From a virus (Duplodnaviria; Caudoviricetes), in the IMG/VR virus record IMGVR_UViG_3300030372_002700, positions 1-35,186 of that record: DNA of 35,186 nucleotides; one strand, 5' to 3'. Every line of letters starts with the position of its first letter. The stretch's first letter is position 1. Below, in pieces: positions 17,756 to 27,857 of the stretch. A program made the translations under genes and the position numbers. The notes beneath the pieces are model-generated. The model was not told the origin of the DNA. It ran no database searches and was given only the letters and a program-made list of their open reading frames with translations.

Positions 17756-20700
17756 ATGCCAAGGTTTAGAGTCAATATAGCTCCAGGTGTTTCTCAAATA
17801 GTTGATGCTGCAACTGAAGATGATGCAAGAAAAATCATTAAATCAGAAATAGCCAAAGGTACCGTATCTCCATTTTTTGACGAGTTATTTTTTGATTATG
17901 AAACTGGGGTTAATAATAAAGAATTAAGAAGAAAACTTGGTAGAGCCGAAACAATGGCTGAAGAGGACAAGGTTTTAAATGACATACTCACTAGACTATC
18001 TAAAACTAAATCACCTTTAGAACAAGAAGATGTAATTGATGGAGAGGTTGGATCATCTGGTTACATTAGAAATACCAAAGGTCAATTAGCTTTAACACCT
18101 GAAGGTTTAGAAATACTAGGATTACCTATACAACAGAGAAAACTTCAAGATGGCACTATTGTAAATCTCAATACTATTATTGATGAAAATAGTTTTAATT
18201 TAAAGACTGGAGATTTAGCTGATTTTTCTGGTATAGCTGGTCCTGTAATAGGTACTATAGTATCACTTTTACCACAAGCTAGAATTGTCAGAGGTTTAGC
18301 TGCATTGCTTGGTGGTAGACAGCCTATGGCAAGAATGTTAGCTGCTGGTACTGGTTCTGCTGCAGGTAAGGCTGGTGAAGAATATCTCGATGCACAAGAG
18401 GGTTTTCAGTTACAAGATTCTGAAGAAATAAAAAAATTAATAGGATATGAGTTTGGTATTGGTTCAATAGGTCAAGGTCTTTTTGGTGAAGTTCCAGCAA
18501 AACTATACAACTTGTTATTAGGTAAAAGAGCACCGATTGACAATCAAAGACTAATGAACGTTATGTCAAAAAATTTAAGTTATAAAGATGTTGTAAAACT
18601 TGATAATGATTTAGGAAGAGCTGCTACACCTAAAGAAATAGCTAGAGCTGTGCGAGATGGTAGAGTTAAAAAGTTTGATTGGAAGTATTCAAGAGGGGCA
18701 ATACCAGCACAGGCATCATTAGAAAAAATGTTACCTGGTAGGTACCAACAAATTTCTGAACAAGTCTTAGGTAACAATAGAGATATTGCAAATAAAAATG
18801 CTTTGTTTGCTGAGCTAGACTACATACTTAATGGTATTAAAAGTGAAAGAGCAGCTTTAGACTCTTATATATCACAATCATCAAAAGGTAGATTAGATGA
18901 ATCAGTAAACCAAGCTTTACAAAAATTAAGAAACCAAGAAAAAGATGTTACAGAAAGTTTGAAAAAAATGCTTAAAGATATTGGTTCGGATGTCATTGAA
19001 ATAGGGAATTACGGCCAGGTGCCTAGTAGAAGAGAATTTGGTGAAACACTCAAAGATGTATTATTTAGATCTAGAAGTGCTGTTATGCGAGAAAGTGGTG
19101 AAAGATATGGCACAGTTGACCAAAAATTTTTAGACATTGCAGATCCTAGAAATAAAGAAGAAATAGTAAGAACTGTTGGCGGTAGAGAAGCAGTTACTGG
19201 ACCAGCACAAGAAGCACGTATTATAAACAAAACTATTAATAGTGTTGTAAACAAATATGTTTTACAGGCACAACGTTTGGTAAAAGATTATAAAAATAGT
19301 AGCAATACTTGGAATTTACAAGCTCCAGGAACTGATATTAAAACTAGCGTAGTACAACAGCTTGATGCTGTTTTAGAAAATATGAGAAAAAGATCTCAAG
19401 CAGTATTAGATAACGCAACAGACGAAAGCGGAGAATTAATTGCTGGTATTAATTTAAAACAAATAAGAAATGATGTTAGCAGATTAAAAGATTTCCACAC
19501 AGAGGTTGTTGGACGTTCACCTGAAGGACGTTTGCTTAGTGATGTAGTAAAAGTGTTTGATAATTACAAACCTGGACAACAAAATGCTGACAGTATGCTC
19601 ACTGAATTAGCTGATACAGGAAAAGCACAAATTAAAGCAGATTTGAAAAAAGCTGGTATTGATGTAAATCCAATTTTAAGCAATAGAATAACAATGGCTA
19701 TTGATGATTTAAGAGCTGCAAACAAATTGCATTATGAAAGAATGAGGCCGTTTGATAAAGTAAAAATGGATTCTTTGATTTCAAATGCACAAAAAGGATC
19801 TATCAGTGCTGATGACGTTTATAAAAGAGCAATTTTAAGTGGAGCACCTGGAGAATTTTCAGATATTGTGAATGCATTACGTGGTTATGATGAATACCTT
19901 GCTAGAACAGGACAAGCTACGTTTAAAAATGGTAAACAAGTTTTAAAGGAAGTAGAACTAAAATCACAAATTAAAAGAAGATTGTTTAATGATGCTTTTA
20001 GAGTAGCAACTAAAGATGATTTAACAAGTGTCAACTTTACTGATTTTGCTAAACAAATGAAAAAATTTGATATGGAAAATCAAGGTAAGTTTGATGAGTT
20101 GTTTAGAGATCCAGTTACCAAAAGAAGTTCTGGTAAAGATGTTCTACGAGCTATTGATCAGTTAAATATGATAGGTCCAAGAATAAAACCACAAGATTTA
20201 AAAAGTTTAGTAAATGACTTCACTAAAGATTTTAAAGGCAAAGGATTAGATGCCTATGCCTCTGGTAGAAAATTTATTAACGAATTAGAAAATTTAGCCA
20301 AAGCCTCAGACGAAAGGTTAAAATTTGAAGCTAACAGGGCTATATCAAGACTACCTGAAGTTGGTATTGAAGAAACAGTTAATAGTATTTTTAGACCTGG
20401 TAGTGCAGCTAATATTATTAAATTAAAAAACACTGTTGATGACGAAGTGTTTAACAGCATTCAACAAGCTAGTATGCAAAAACTATTAGCTAAATCTATA
20501 GACTTCAATGGTAAAGGTAAAGTTACCGATGTATTTAAACATCAAAATCTTAAAACAGCTTTAGATTCATATGGTGATGAAACACTTGAAGCTATGTTTG
20601 GAAGAGAGCTTGCAAAAGATTTACGAACATTCCAAAAAGAAATAGATATTTTAACTCTTGGTGAGGTAGGCAGAGGAGCAGGTGGTGCTGGTGGTTTAGT

Positions 20701-21175
20701 AGCTGCAGGTATAGCTGCTACTGTTATATTTACACCTTTAGCCACCCTGCCGATAGTAGCAGGTCTTGCAGTTGCTAGGTCTTTATTTGGTAATAGAGCT
20801 TTTGTAAGATTGATGACTAAAACAGATCCAGGTTCCATTACACAGGCTTTTAAAATATTTAACAATACATTAAGACAATTTGGTTTACGATATGTTGATG
20901 GTCAAATTCAACCCTTTGCTGCTTCTGTAGCAGATGTTATTGAAACAGGTGTACAAGATGCTGCGACTGAGGCTGGAGTTACTGGCGGTGATGTAGAGGG
21001 TATTACAGATGAAGGTCTTAACATATTCCAACAACTAAGAGAACAAGTTACTGCACCACTCAAAACCTCAGAACTACAACTACCAGATGTTCAACCTATG
21101 CAATCACCAACAGATCCACTATCTCAAGAACGTATAGACTTTGCAGAACAAGTTGCTGGTAGGCCAATAGTTTAA
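17756..21175 (+). CDS. Large putative internal virion (ejection) protein
   Basis: 1139 aa, helical, with Gly/Ala hydrophobic segments near both ends; last gene of the late operon. Confidence 0.6.
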   Translation: MPRFRVNIAPGVSQIVDAATEDDARKIIKSEIAKGTVSPFFDELFFDYETGVNNKELRRKLGRAETMAEEDKVLNDILTRLSKTKSPLEQEDVIDGEVGSSGYIRNTKGQLALTPEGLEILGLPIQQRKLQDGTIVNLNTIIDENSFNLKTGDLADFSGIAGPVIGTIVSLLPQARIVRGLAALLGGRQPMARMLAAGTGSAAGKAGEEYLDAQEGFQLQDSEEIKKLIGYEFGIGSIGQGLFGEVPAKLYNLLLGKRAPIDNQRLMNVMSKNLSYKDVVKLDNDLGRAATPKEIARAVRDGRVKKFDWKYSRGAIPAQASLEKMLPGRYQQISEQVLGNNRDIANKNALFAELDYILNGIKSERAALDSYISQSSKGRLDESVNQALQKLRNQEKDVTESLKKMLKDIGSDVIEIGNYGQVPSRREFGETLKDVLFRSRSAVMRESGERYGTVDQKFLDIADPRNKEEIVRTVGGREAVTGPAQEARIINKTINSVVNKYVLQAQRLVKDYKNSSNTWNLQAPGTDIKTSVVQQLDAVLENMRKRSQAVLDNATDESGELIAGINLKQIRNDVSRLKDFHTEVVGRSPEGRLLSDVVKVFDNYKPGQQNADSMLTELADTGKAQIKADLKKAGIDVNPILSNRITMAIDDLRAANKLHYERMRPFDKVKMDSLISNAQKGSISADDVYKRAILSGAPGEFSDIVNALRGYDEYLARTGQATFKNGKQVLKEVELKSQIKRRLFNDAFRVATKDDLTSVNFTDFAKQMKKFDMENQGKFDELFRDPVTKRSSGKDVLRAIDQLNMIGPRIKPQDLKSLVNDFTKDFKGKGLDAYASGRKFINELENLAKASDERLKFEANRAISRLPEVGIEETVNSIFRPGSAANIIKLKNTVDDEVFNSIQQASMQKLLAKSIDFNGKGKVTDVFKHQNLKTALDSYGDETLEAMFGRELAKDLRTFQKEIDILTLGEVGRGAGGAGGLVAAGIAATVIFTPLATLPIVAGLAVARSLFGNRAFVRLMTKTDPGSITQAFKIFNNTLRQFGLRYVDGQIQPFAASVADVIETGVQDAATEAGVTGGDVEGITDEGLNIFQQLREQVTAPLKTSELQLPDVQPMQSPTDPLSQERIDFAEQVAGRPIV

Positions 21176-21630
21176 CTCTTTTCCCATTTAAACTTTGCTT
21201 GACCTGTGACTGGTTGCCATTCTCTACCTGGTCTTGTAGTCCATCCTTTGTGGTTTTTATCAGTAGAAGTTTCGCCTATTATTTTATAACCAGCAGCTTT
21301 CAAACTAGATCCAGATTCTGATTGTAACGTATATGTAATCATTCTCTTGCCACCCATTTGTTGCCATATTCTCCAACATTTACCATACAGAAAAGAATTT
21401 GTATTGTTCGGTGACTTGTTATTTGTACACACCCTTACTGCTTCTGCTGTATACCCATCATCTAAAGTTCTAGATATGGGTCTTCCTACTATTGCTACAC
21501 CTACGAGCTGATCATCATAAGATGCACCAATGGCAAACTTTGCACCCCTTACTGGTTTGTTGTGTCTATGAAAATTATCGACAAATTCATTAGCATCACG
21601 TATGGTCATTGGCACTACTTGTAATCTCAT
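21172..21630 (-). CDS. XF1762/Mom-like GNAT-fold protein (candidate DNA modification enzyme)
   Basis: ANEFVDNFHRH, LVGVAIVGRP, RVCT, SFLYG, ITYT..SESGSSLKAAG motifs; coupled to the primase gene. Confidence 0.65.
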   Translation of the reverse strand: MRLQVVPMTIRDANEFVDNFHRHNKPVRGAKFAIGASYDDQLVGVAIVGRPISRTLDDGYTAEAVRVCTNNKSPNNTNSFLYGKCWRIWQQMGGKRMITYTLQSESGSSLKAAGYKIIGETSTDKNHKGWTTRPGREWQPVTGQAKFKWEKS

Positions 21631-23747
21631 TCTTCAAAAAAAGTAGGATCAACCGCAACAAACCTTTTAGCTGGTCTGCCTTTACCACCAACTTTAATCT
21701 CAACCTCTTGTATCTCCCCTGCATTTTTAAGCCTTTCAATAATCTCTTTTACTTCATAAGACTTCATGCTTCTAAATAATTCGTGTCTATCTACTTCACG
21801 TTTAGATATGCCCTCGCCATTCCTAGATCTAATAAATGATAATACTTGTTTAATCTTAGATTCTGTTGCACTACTTGCCACCTTATCTCTACATGCTTCT
21901 ATAAATAATAAGTCGTAGTATCTAATAAAATCTACAGCCCAACGTGTTACATCTCCTGTAATGGCTTTAGCGTCTGCATTTGTTGCTAAAGTACATAACA
22001 AAGACAAACGCATAGCTTTTTCCTTAGAACGGCTTAGAAGTGGCTCTAGGTTATCTTTTTCTAGTATATCTTGTCGTTTAACTATTTCTCGTGCAAAGTC
22101 TTGTAGTATTTCTTCTGATTCTCTATCAAAATTTAAAATTATTTGATCTAAATCTAATTCTGCATTATCACGAGATAAATCAGTCATTCCTCCCCTAGAT
22201 CTTCTAACATAGTTCACCCAATTAACTATAGATGTTGGTGGCGATTTAAATTTTTTAAGCTCACCTACTCTTCTTGGTTCTGTAGATTCAACAACCACAA
22301 AACGGTTTAAGAAGCCGTCTGCAATTCTGCCACCATTTAATGCTTTATAAAAATTCTTTGGTACTGATAAACCAACGAGTGTTATGGCTGGCTTATGCGT
22401 AACACGGCTCATCATCATTTCTTTATATTGTTCTTGTACATTCATTAAAGAATAGTTATCTGGTCGTAAAGTACCATGACAACGACCCCATGCCTCCATA
22501 AGTGTTTGTATTCCATCTTCTCTATTTGTATTGGTTGACGCACCTATGGCCTCTAATCTTTTACCAAACTCGTCCATTATAGTTATTTGTGTTGGCCTCA
22601 TCTTAAGAACAGAATGCACAGCACCACTTGATGTATAACCATCTCCTACTACAAGCTTTTCGTGATCACTAGCATTGAGCACCGACTCAACAAATGTTTT
22701 TATGTTTTCCTTACCCTGACCAGACTTAGCAATACCCATGAAATACATAGAAGAAAAGTTATTCATATTGGTTCTATAAATACGTCCACAAGTAACACTA
22801 GCTAAAGCTAATGCACCTATGAGTGATAACTCTGGTTGTGGAACTTGTGCTATCTCTTCACAAAACTTAAACATATCTTTTAAAAGTCCTGGTGGGTTGA
22901 ATAAGTCTTTAGGTTTCTGTATGCTTTCTGAAGCTTGAATGAACAATGGTGCTATCCTGTTCTTTCTATCGTGAGTGTTTTTAACGCTCTCTACAACGCT
23001 ATCTATCTCTGTTTGTGGCAATGGTGGATTGTTATTTTTATTCCAGTTCTGCAAAAATATTTTTACAAATTGTATATTTACGTTCTTTGATATTAAGTAT
23101 CCAGCTATTCTAGCAGCTCCATCATTCCTGGATCCTTCCATAACACCATCAAGTGAGAATGGTGCAGTTTGTACTCCTGTATCTGTTTTTGGAACTCCCG
23201 TAATTTTTTGAAACTCAACTTCTGTAAAGTCTGGTAAATCATTATGGTCATGTATTTTCCAATCTGGAAAAGTAATTGGTTTATAAACTTGTCCGTTGGC
23301 GTGCCTGTTATATGGTGCAATGATTAATCCACCCATACCCCTAATATCTATTAATCTTTCTATGGGAGTTTCAGCAGTTCTTCTGGTTGCAAAAGTAGTA
23401 TAGTTTTGTGGATTGTTATAATAGTAATGCATACCTTTACCAGTTATAACTTTAAATGGACAAGCAGGCATATTTTTTTCTACCCAGTCCATAGCCTCTG
23501 GAGAATCTGCATCGACAACAACAAATTTACCGCAAACAAGTGCAACTTGTAAGTTATCTCTGCCCTTAAACCATGACTCTACAAGGGTTCTATCAGGCCT
23601 TACCTCTTTGTATTGTTCCCAACTACCTAGAAAAGATGGTGGTTTTTTGTTAGATCTTTGTAAAGGAACTACATTATAACCATCGTCATAATAGGCAAGA
23701 GCTTGCTCTAAGGATGTATCATCCTCAGTAATGTTAAGCTGAAACAC
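21627..23747 (-). CDS. Bifunctional primase-polymerase with PriCT and C-terminal helicase-like (DUF3987-type) domain
   Basis: VVPL...KKP, VVVDAD, TGKGMHYYY, IDIRGMGGLIIAP (Prim-Pol); GSRND (PriCT); AKSGQGKE, MDEFG, DGFLNRF (P-loop). Confidence 0.9.
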   Translation of the reverse strand: MFQLNITEDDTSLEQALAYYDDGYNVVPLQRSNKKPPSFLGSWEQYKEVRPDRTLVESWFKGRDNLQVALVCGKFVVVDADSPEAMDWVEKNMPACPFKVITGKGMHYYYNNPQNYTTFATRRTAETPIERLIDIRGMGGLIIAPYNRHANGQVYKPITFPDWKIHDHNDLPDFTEVEFQKITGVPKTDTGVQTAPFSLDGVMEGSRNDGAARIAGYLISKNVNIQFVKIFLQNWNKNNNPPLPQTEIDSVVESVKNTHDRKNRIAPLFIQASESIQKPKDLFNPPGLLKDMFKFCEEIAQVPQPELSLIGALALASVTCGRIYRTNMNNFSSMYFMGIAKSGQGKENIKTFVESVLNASDHEKLVVGDGYTSSGAVHSVLKMRPTQITIMDEFGKRLEAIGASTNTNREDGIQTLMEAWGRCHGTLRPDNYSLMNVQEQYKEMMMSRVTHKPAITLVGLSVPKNFYKALNGGRIADGFLNRFVVVESTEPRRVGELKKFKSPPTSIVNWVNYVRRSRGGMTDLSRDNAELDLDQIILNFDRESEEILQDFAREIVKRQDILEKDNLEPLLSRSKEKAMRLSLLCTLATNADAKAITGDVTRWAVDFIRYYDLLFIEACRDKVASSATESKIKQVLSFIRSRNGEGISKREVDRHELFRSMKSYEVKEIIERLKNAGEIQEVEIKVGGKGRPAKRFVAVDPTFFEE

Positions 23748-23748
23748 A

Positions 23749-24093
23749 CTAAGCTTCTTGTGCTATATCATTTACTGATCCAAAGATGCATTCAAAATCT
23801 AATCTGCCATCAGTAGCTTTTATAATTTGTTTGGCTTGATTTATAGTTGGCTGCCTATAACCATATCTCCATGACTTACATGAAGCCTCCGAACAACCAA
23901 AATCCTCTGCAGCTTTTTTCTGTCCTAGAAATTCAATGTATTCTTTTAAAGTGTATCTTTTTACTACTCTATCAGTGTGATTAGGTTTTACTCCAAGTGT
24001 TTCAAATTCTTTTAATTTTTGCGATGATAGCGACTTCATTCTATGATAATAGTTAGCTTGCCATACTAAATTTTCTTTGTTGGTATCTTCCAT
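23749..24093 (-). CDS. Cro-like HTH DNA-binding protein
   Basis: GQKKAAEDFGCSEASCKSWRYGYRQP helix-turn-helix; RBS GAGGAG supports a start at 24093. Confidence 0.75.
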   Translation of the reverse strand: MEDTNKENLVWQANYYHRMKSLSSQKLKEFETLGVKPNHTDRVVKRYTLKEYIEFLGQKKAAEDFGCSEASCKSWRYGYRQPTINQAKQIIKATDGRLDFECIFGSVNDIAQEA

Positions 24094-24126
24094 GTTTTTC
24101 TCCTCGTAACTTTTATTTGAAAAATA

Positions 24127-24162
24127 TTCACATATTGTAGATAAGTAGTATATAATATGCAA
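24127..24162. promoter_or_regulatory. Overlapping divergent sigma70-type promoters
   Basis: Minus strand TTGCAT-17-TACAAT; plus strand TTCACA-18-TATAAT; lies between divergent genes. Confidence 0.6.
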
Positions 24163-24190
24163 GTTAATTTTTATTTAAAGGAGATAGAGA

Positions 24191-24913
24191 ATGGAATTAT
24201 CAAGTAGAATAGTATCTCCGCAAAAGTTAGTACAGGATCAAGGTGCAAAAATCTTGGTGTATGGAATGGCTGGAGCGGGTAAAACAACATTAGCCAAAAC
24301 TTGTCCAGGCAAGGTACTTGTTATAAGTGCTGAAGCTGGATTGTTATCTATTAAAGATGCAAGCAATGTAGAGGCTATTGAAGTAAAAGAAGCAGCAGAA
24401 GTTATGGAACTTCATGATGCTTTGAAGTCTGGTAAATTACAATATGACACAGTGTGCTTAGATTCAGTATCTGAAATAAGCGAGATCTTATTAACATGGG
24501 AGAAATCTCGTAGCAAAGATCCACGTATGGCATATGGTAATGTACAAGAATCTGTAACAAATTTAATGCGTGCTTTTAGAGATCTAAATATGCACGTTTT
24601 GTTCTTATGTAAAGAAGATGTGGTAAATGATGATGGCGTACTTAGACACGCACCAAAAATGGTTGGTACTAAGTTAGGCGAATCAATTACATATTTTTTT
24701 GATGAGGTTCTTGCTTTACGCATCATTGAAGATCAAGATGAAGACGGCAAGAATATCCAAAACAGATGGTTGCAAACCGTCTATGGACAAGGTTATAAAG
24801 CAAAGGATCGTAGTGGTAAACTAGAAAACTTTGAAAAACCTGATATAACTGCTCTAATTGAAAAGTTAGGGTTTTCATTAACTAACGACAATATGGGAGG
24901 AGAAAATGTCTGA
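24191..24913 (+). CDS. AAA_24 / Sak4-like ATPase (phage recombinase)
   Basis: ILVYGMAGAGKTT Walker A, VCLDSVSE Walker B, YFFDEV, AKDRSGKL. Confidence 0.85.
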   Translation: MELSSRIVSPQKLVQDQGAKILVYGMAGAGKTTLAKTCPGKVLVISAEAGLLSIKDASNVEAIEVKEAAEVMELHDALKSGKLQYDTVCLDSVSEISEILLTWEKSRSKDPRMAYGNVQESVTNLMRAFRDLNMHVLFLCKEDVVNDDGVLRHAPKMVGTKLGESITYFFDEVLALRIIEDQDEDGKNIQNRWLQTVYGQGYKAKDRSGKLENFEKPDITALIEKLGFSLTNDNMGGENV

Positions 24914-25367
24914 TTTTGGTGATGTAGAATTTTTTGATAACTTAGAGGAAATGTCATCTGGTGGCTTACCTCTAGCACCAGATGGTGAACACAATGCAAC
25001 GGTTATTGCTACAGACAAGTATAAGTCTAAAGCAGGTAACCATACGCTAAAGGTTACATTTCAATTAGATGGCGGTAAATATCGTGATCATAACGAATGG
25101 TATAACCTTTGGGCTACTAATGAAGACAACAAAAGAATAAGCACTGAAATATTTACCAGGCTTACTAAAGCTGTTGGCTTTAAAAAGTATCCAGAGAATC
25201 ATGGTGATTTTGTGGGTAAAAAACTAATACTTAAAACTGAACAAATTGATGATCAATTTGAAGGTGATAACGGTGTGGTAAATACTAAGAAGACTAAAAT
25301 CAGATTATATTTACCAGAGGCTGATTCAGATATGAGTCCACCTAAAGAAGCTGTACCGCCTTTCTAA
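24906..25367 (+). CDS. DUF669-like ssDNA-binding protein
   Basis: PDGEHNATV..SKAGN..LKVTF; acidic/Pro tail ending PPF; follows the Sak4-like gene. Confidence 0.75.
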   Translation: MSDFGDVEFFDNLEEMSSGGLPLAPDGEHNATVIATDKYKSKAGNHTLKVTFQLDGGKYRDHNEWYNLWATNEDNKRISTEIFTRLTKAVGFKKYPENHGDFVGKKLILKTEQIDDQFEGDNGVVNTKKTKIRLYLPEADSDMSPPKEAVPPF

Positions 25368-25381
25368 TATTAGTTTATAAA

Positions 25382-25513
25382 TTAAGGGGCTTTGTGCCCC
25401 TTTTTTTGTGCCTCTAAAATTAACAAAAACAACTCATCTTGCAATCGTTGTGTTCTTTCTTTTGCTTTTTTTAGATCTTTTTTGGTTTGTTTTATTTGTT
25501 CTGATAAATTCAT
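25382..25513 (-). CDS. Small coiled-coil hypothetical protein (43 aa)
   Basis: MNLSEQIKQTKKDLKKAKERTQRLQDEL..., AGGA upstream; not in the ORF track. Confidence 0.45.
   Translation of the reverse strand: MNLSEQIKQTKKDLKKAKERTQRLQDELFLLILEAQKKGHKAP
25384..25407 (+). terminator. Rho-independent terminator
   Basis: AAGGGGC-TTTGT-GCCCCTT plus T run, at the convergence of two transcription units. Confidence 0.85.
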
Positions 25514-25583
25514 TTTTTATCCTGCATATACGCATATATAGTTAAAAGTAAAAGACCTATCACAGCATAAAAACTAAGATCCA

Positions 25584-25802
25584 TCATCTGTTCTCCATTT
25601 TGTTTCTAAGTCTAGTTAGATACCATATAGCTTTATCTATATCTTGGATATTTGCATCTTTATGATCTTCACGCCAAATGTATTTGAACGCTGCTGCTTT
25701 GCAATAGCCTTTAAACTCTTCAAAGGTTAAGGCTGATTCTATTGCGTCTATACACTCAATAGGGCCTTTCTTGTAATGTGGGGGGTTTATGTTATCTGTC
25801 AT
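25584..25802 (-). CDS. DUF3310 family protein
   Basis: DNINPPHY...IECIDAI...KYIWR...DIDKAIWYL signature. Confidence 0.85.
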   Translation of the reverse strand: MTDNINPPHYKKGPIECIDAIESALTFEEFKGYCKAAAFKYIWREDHKDANIQDIDKAIWYLTRLRNKMENR

Positions 25803-26016
25803 TTTGTTTCTCCAATATTTTTTCTGCTGTTTCTGCTGATTTTTTTAGACTTTTAAAATTTTGATGTGCTAATTTTTGTAACGCTTGCCAATAACAATCG
25901 TATTTGTTAGCTAAATATTTACAGGTAACAAGTTCACTCATGCCTTGATTTGTGTAAGTCTTTATTTCTTTTGCAATAATTTCTCTTGCTTTGCTTATAT
26001 CATTAGCATCAATCAT
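25792..26016 (-). CDS. Hypothetical protein
   Basis: 74 aa, overlapping neighbours in the minus-strand operon. Confidence 0.55.
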   Translation of the reverse strand: MIDANDISKAREIIAKEIKTYTNQGMSELVTCKYLANKYDCYWQALQKLAHQNFKSLKKSAETAEKILEKQNDR

Positions 26017-26176
26017 TGTGTTTTACCTTTTTATTAGATGTTTCTTCCCATACGTTTTTAAGTTTGGTTATATCTGTGGTTTTTTTGTTTTTAAAAATCT
26101 TATCCCAGCCAAGACTCCATTTATTTTTGTTTGTTGGTCTTTGTTTACTACCTTTACCACCATGCCATTTAGTCAT
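26009..26176 (-). CDS. Small basic phage protein (GGKGSKQRP...WDKIF type), not in the ORF track
   Basis: 55 aa MTKWHGGKGSKQRPTNKNKWSLGWDKIFK...; fills the gap with overlaps on both sides. Confidence 0.65.
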   Translation of the reverse strand: MTKWHGGKGSKQRPTNKNKWSLGWDKIFKNKKTTDITKLKNVWEETSNKKVKHND

Positions 26177-27062
26177 TTAATTCTTCTCTGTAAAAGTTGC
26201 CAGTATCTAGCTCAACAACATTAGGGCTGTTGTATATGGTTGCTTGTTTGCCACCACTCCAGACTACCTTGTTGTATTCTTCTAAGTAATCACTTAAAAA
26301 GTTCCAACCTACTTCCATGTCGGTATGGTTCATTTTAAATACTTTACTTGCATAAGGTGGTTTTTTTTCCTGTGCTACAAACATAAAGTCATGCACCTGA
26401 AAACCAGCTTTTTCAAAACCACGCTTATACCAAGCAGCTTGTAGATCATAAGAGTACCGCCTTACCGAATTGGTAAAACCCCTGACGGAACAATCACTGG
26501 TTGTTTTATAATCTACAAGCACTATGGCATTTTCCCCATGTGGTTTATCAAATGGGTTCAAAACTACATCAGCCCTGGTCTTACATAATAAATCTTGCTC
26601 ATACCAAAAAATAGACACCTCGTAGGGTGAATCAAAAGTGCTGGGATACTCTTTATCTGGATTTAGATAAGCTCTCGCCTCCGTTACCAAGCTGTTTTGC
26701 ATACTATATATGGTATCTTTGTCCTTTTCATTAATAACAATAAGACCTTTATCAAGACTTTCTTTCTTAAGAGCTTTGTTAGTATTGGTGTATGGAGATC
26801 CAGTTATAGTAACTACATCACTAAAAAATGCTCCCTCACCCTCTACAATTAATGAATGTGCCGCAGATCCAAAGTTCATAGCTGGTGTCTGCTCTATAAC
26901 TTCTTCCAAAGCGTGTAATTGACTTTGACTAAATCTTCTTATGTGTGAAGAAGATATGCCTGGCCCATTATGATAAAAGTTATTATCCATGTTAGGAAAG
27001 TAATAAGCATCGCCTACCTTTTTATGTGGTAGATCCTCTAACATATCTGGTAACTTACTCAT
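26169..27062 (-). CDS. PD-(D/E)XK exonuclease (RecE / ExoVIII C-terminal-like)
   Basis: YH..PGISSS, FGSAAHSLIVE, CKTRAD, VDYKTT, YDLQAAWY, FVAQEK. Confidence 0.88.
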   Translation of the reverse strand: MSKLPDMLEDLPHKKVGDAYYFPNMDNNFYHNGPGISSSHIRRFSQSQLHALEEVIEQTPAMNFGSAAHSLIVEGEGAFFSDVVTITGSPYTNTNKALKKESLDKGLIVINEKDKDTIYSMQNSLVTEARAYLNPDKEYPSTFDSPYEVSIFWYEQDLLCKTRADVVLNPFDKPHGENAIVLVDYKTTSDCSVRGFTNSVRRYSYDLQAAWYKRGFEKAGFQVHDFMFVAQEKKPPYASKVFKMNHTDMEVGWNFLSDYLEEYNKVVWSGGKQATIYNSPNVVELDTGNFYREELND

Positions 27063-27259
27063 GATGCCTCCTTGTCTACAGTTACTTTATATAGATCATC
27101 TACAATAGACTGTAGTTCTTTGATAGCAACACCACACTGCCAAATAGCAATATTGAGCCTGTCTTGTTTTTGTTGTAATTCATAGTCCTCTTTTGAGGGA
27201 TTTGTGTAACTGATTACTTCGTCAATAATAGCAGTTACGTCTAATTTAGGTTTTTCCAT
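27059..27259 (-). CDS. Hypothetical protein
   Basis: 66 aa, RBS GGAG, first gene after the leftward promoter. Confidence 0.6.
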   Translation of the reverse strand: MEKPKLDVTAIIDEVISYTNPSKEDYELQQKQDRLNIAIWQCGVAIKELQSIVDDLYKVTVDKEAS

Positions 27260-27282
27260 TTTACTTCTCCAAATAAATGAGT

Positions 27283-27332
27283 TTGTATTATTGCACTAAC
27301 TAATGTATGATGTCAACCATAAGTAACCAATT
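27283..27332. promoter_or_regulatory. Divergent promoters with an adjacent GTAACCAAT box
   Basis: Minus TTGACA-18-AATAAT (TG extended); plus TTGTAT-17-TATGAT; box at 27323-27331. Confidence 0.6.
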
Positions 27333-27353
27333 TTTATTTATGAGGAGTAAGAT

Positions 27354-27557
27354 ATGGGAAGATCAAATGATTTGTATATGATGATGCGTTTATCGTATGA
27401 ACAAGCTACAGATGATTACAACAACAAAAAAACAGATTCAATAGTAAATGCTTACAGTAAGTATTACAAAGAGAACGTTGGTATGACCTGTTATGATCCG
27501 CAAGGAGATATTATAAATTTTTATGATGAAGATAACAGCCAGGAATGTTCATTATGA
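27354..27557 (+). CDS. Hypothetical protein
   Basis: 67 aa, RBS GAGGAG. Confidence 0.6.
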   Translation: MGRSNDLYMMMRLSYEQATDDYNNKKTDSIVNAYSKYYKENVGMTCYDPQGDIINFYDEDNSQECSL

Positions 27558-27630
27558 TTGAGTTTTTATTTTGGTTTTTTTTAGCAATAATAGGCATACC
27601 AGCCTTGTTTATTGTTTTGTTTGATAGAAT

Positions 27631-27825
27631 ATGAACAGCGTTACTGAATTAAAAAAAGTTAAATGCAGTATATGTAATGGTTACATAAAACCATTAAAGA
27701 ATGATGACGGAGAGGTTGTTTGGGAGCATGGAAACAATGCTGAACCTGTAAACTCTGGCCGTTGTTGTGATGATTGTAATTGGACAAAGGTAATACCAGC
27801 TAGGCTGTTACAGATGGAGAAGTAG
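27631..27825 (+). CDS. Small zinc-binding protein
   Basis: CSIC...GNNAEPV...GRCCDDCN cysteine pattern. Confidence 0.7.
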   Translation: MNSVTELKKVKCSICNGYIKPLKNDDGEVVWEHGNNAEPVNSGRCCDDCNWTKVIPARLLQMEK

Positions 27826-27857
27826 CGGTATTATGAGTTATCGTGTTATGATGCGGA

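Noticed and set aside
358-20865. Many minus-strand ORFs of about 60-200 aa under the late genes (for example 358-702, 6098-6532, 16604-17197)
   Set aside because: Antisense shadows of well-supported + strand genes; Ser/Ile-rich with no recognisable motifs.
24116-24132. Possible CRP site (TTTGA...TCACA) that would link cAMP to phage promoters
   Set aside because: The spacing is 7 rather than 6 and the left half-site is poor. I found no convincing TGTGA-N6-TCACA by eye; a PWM scan is needed.
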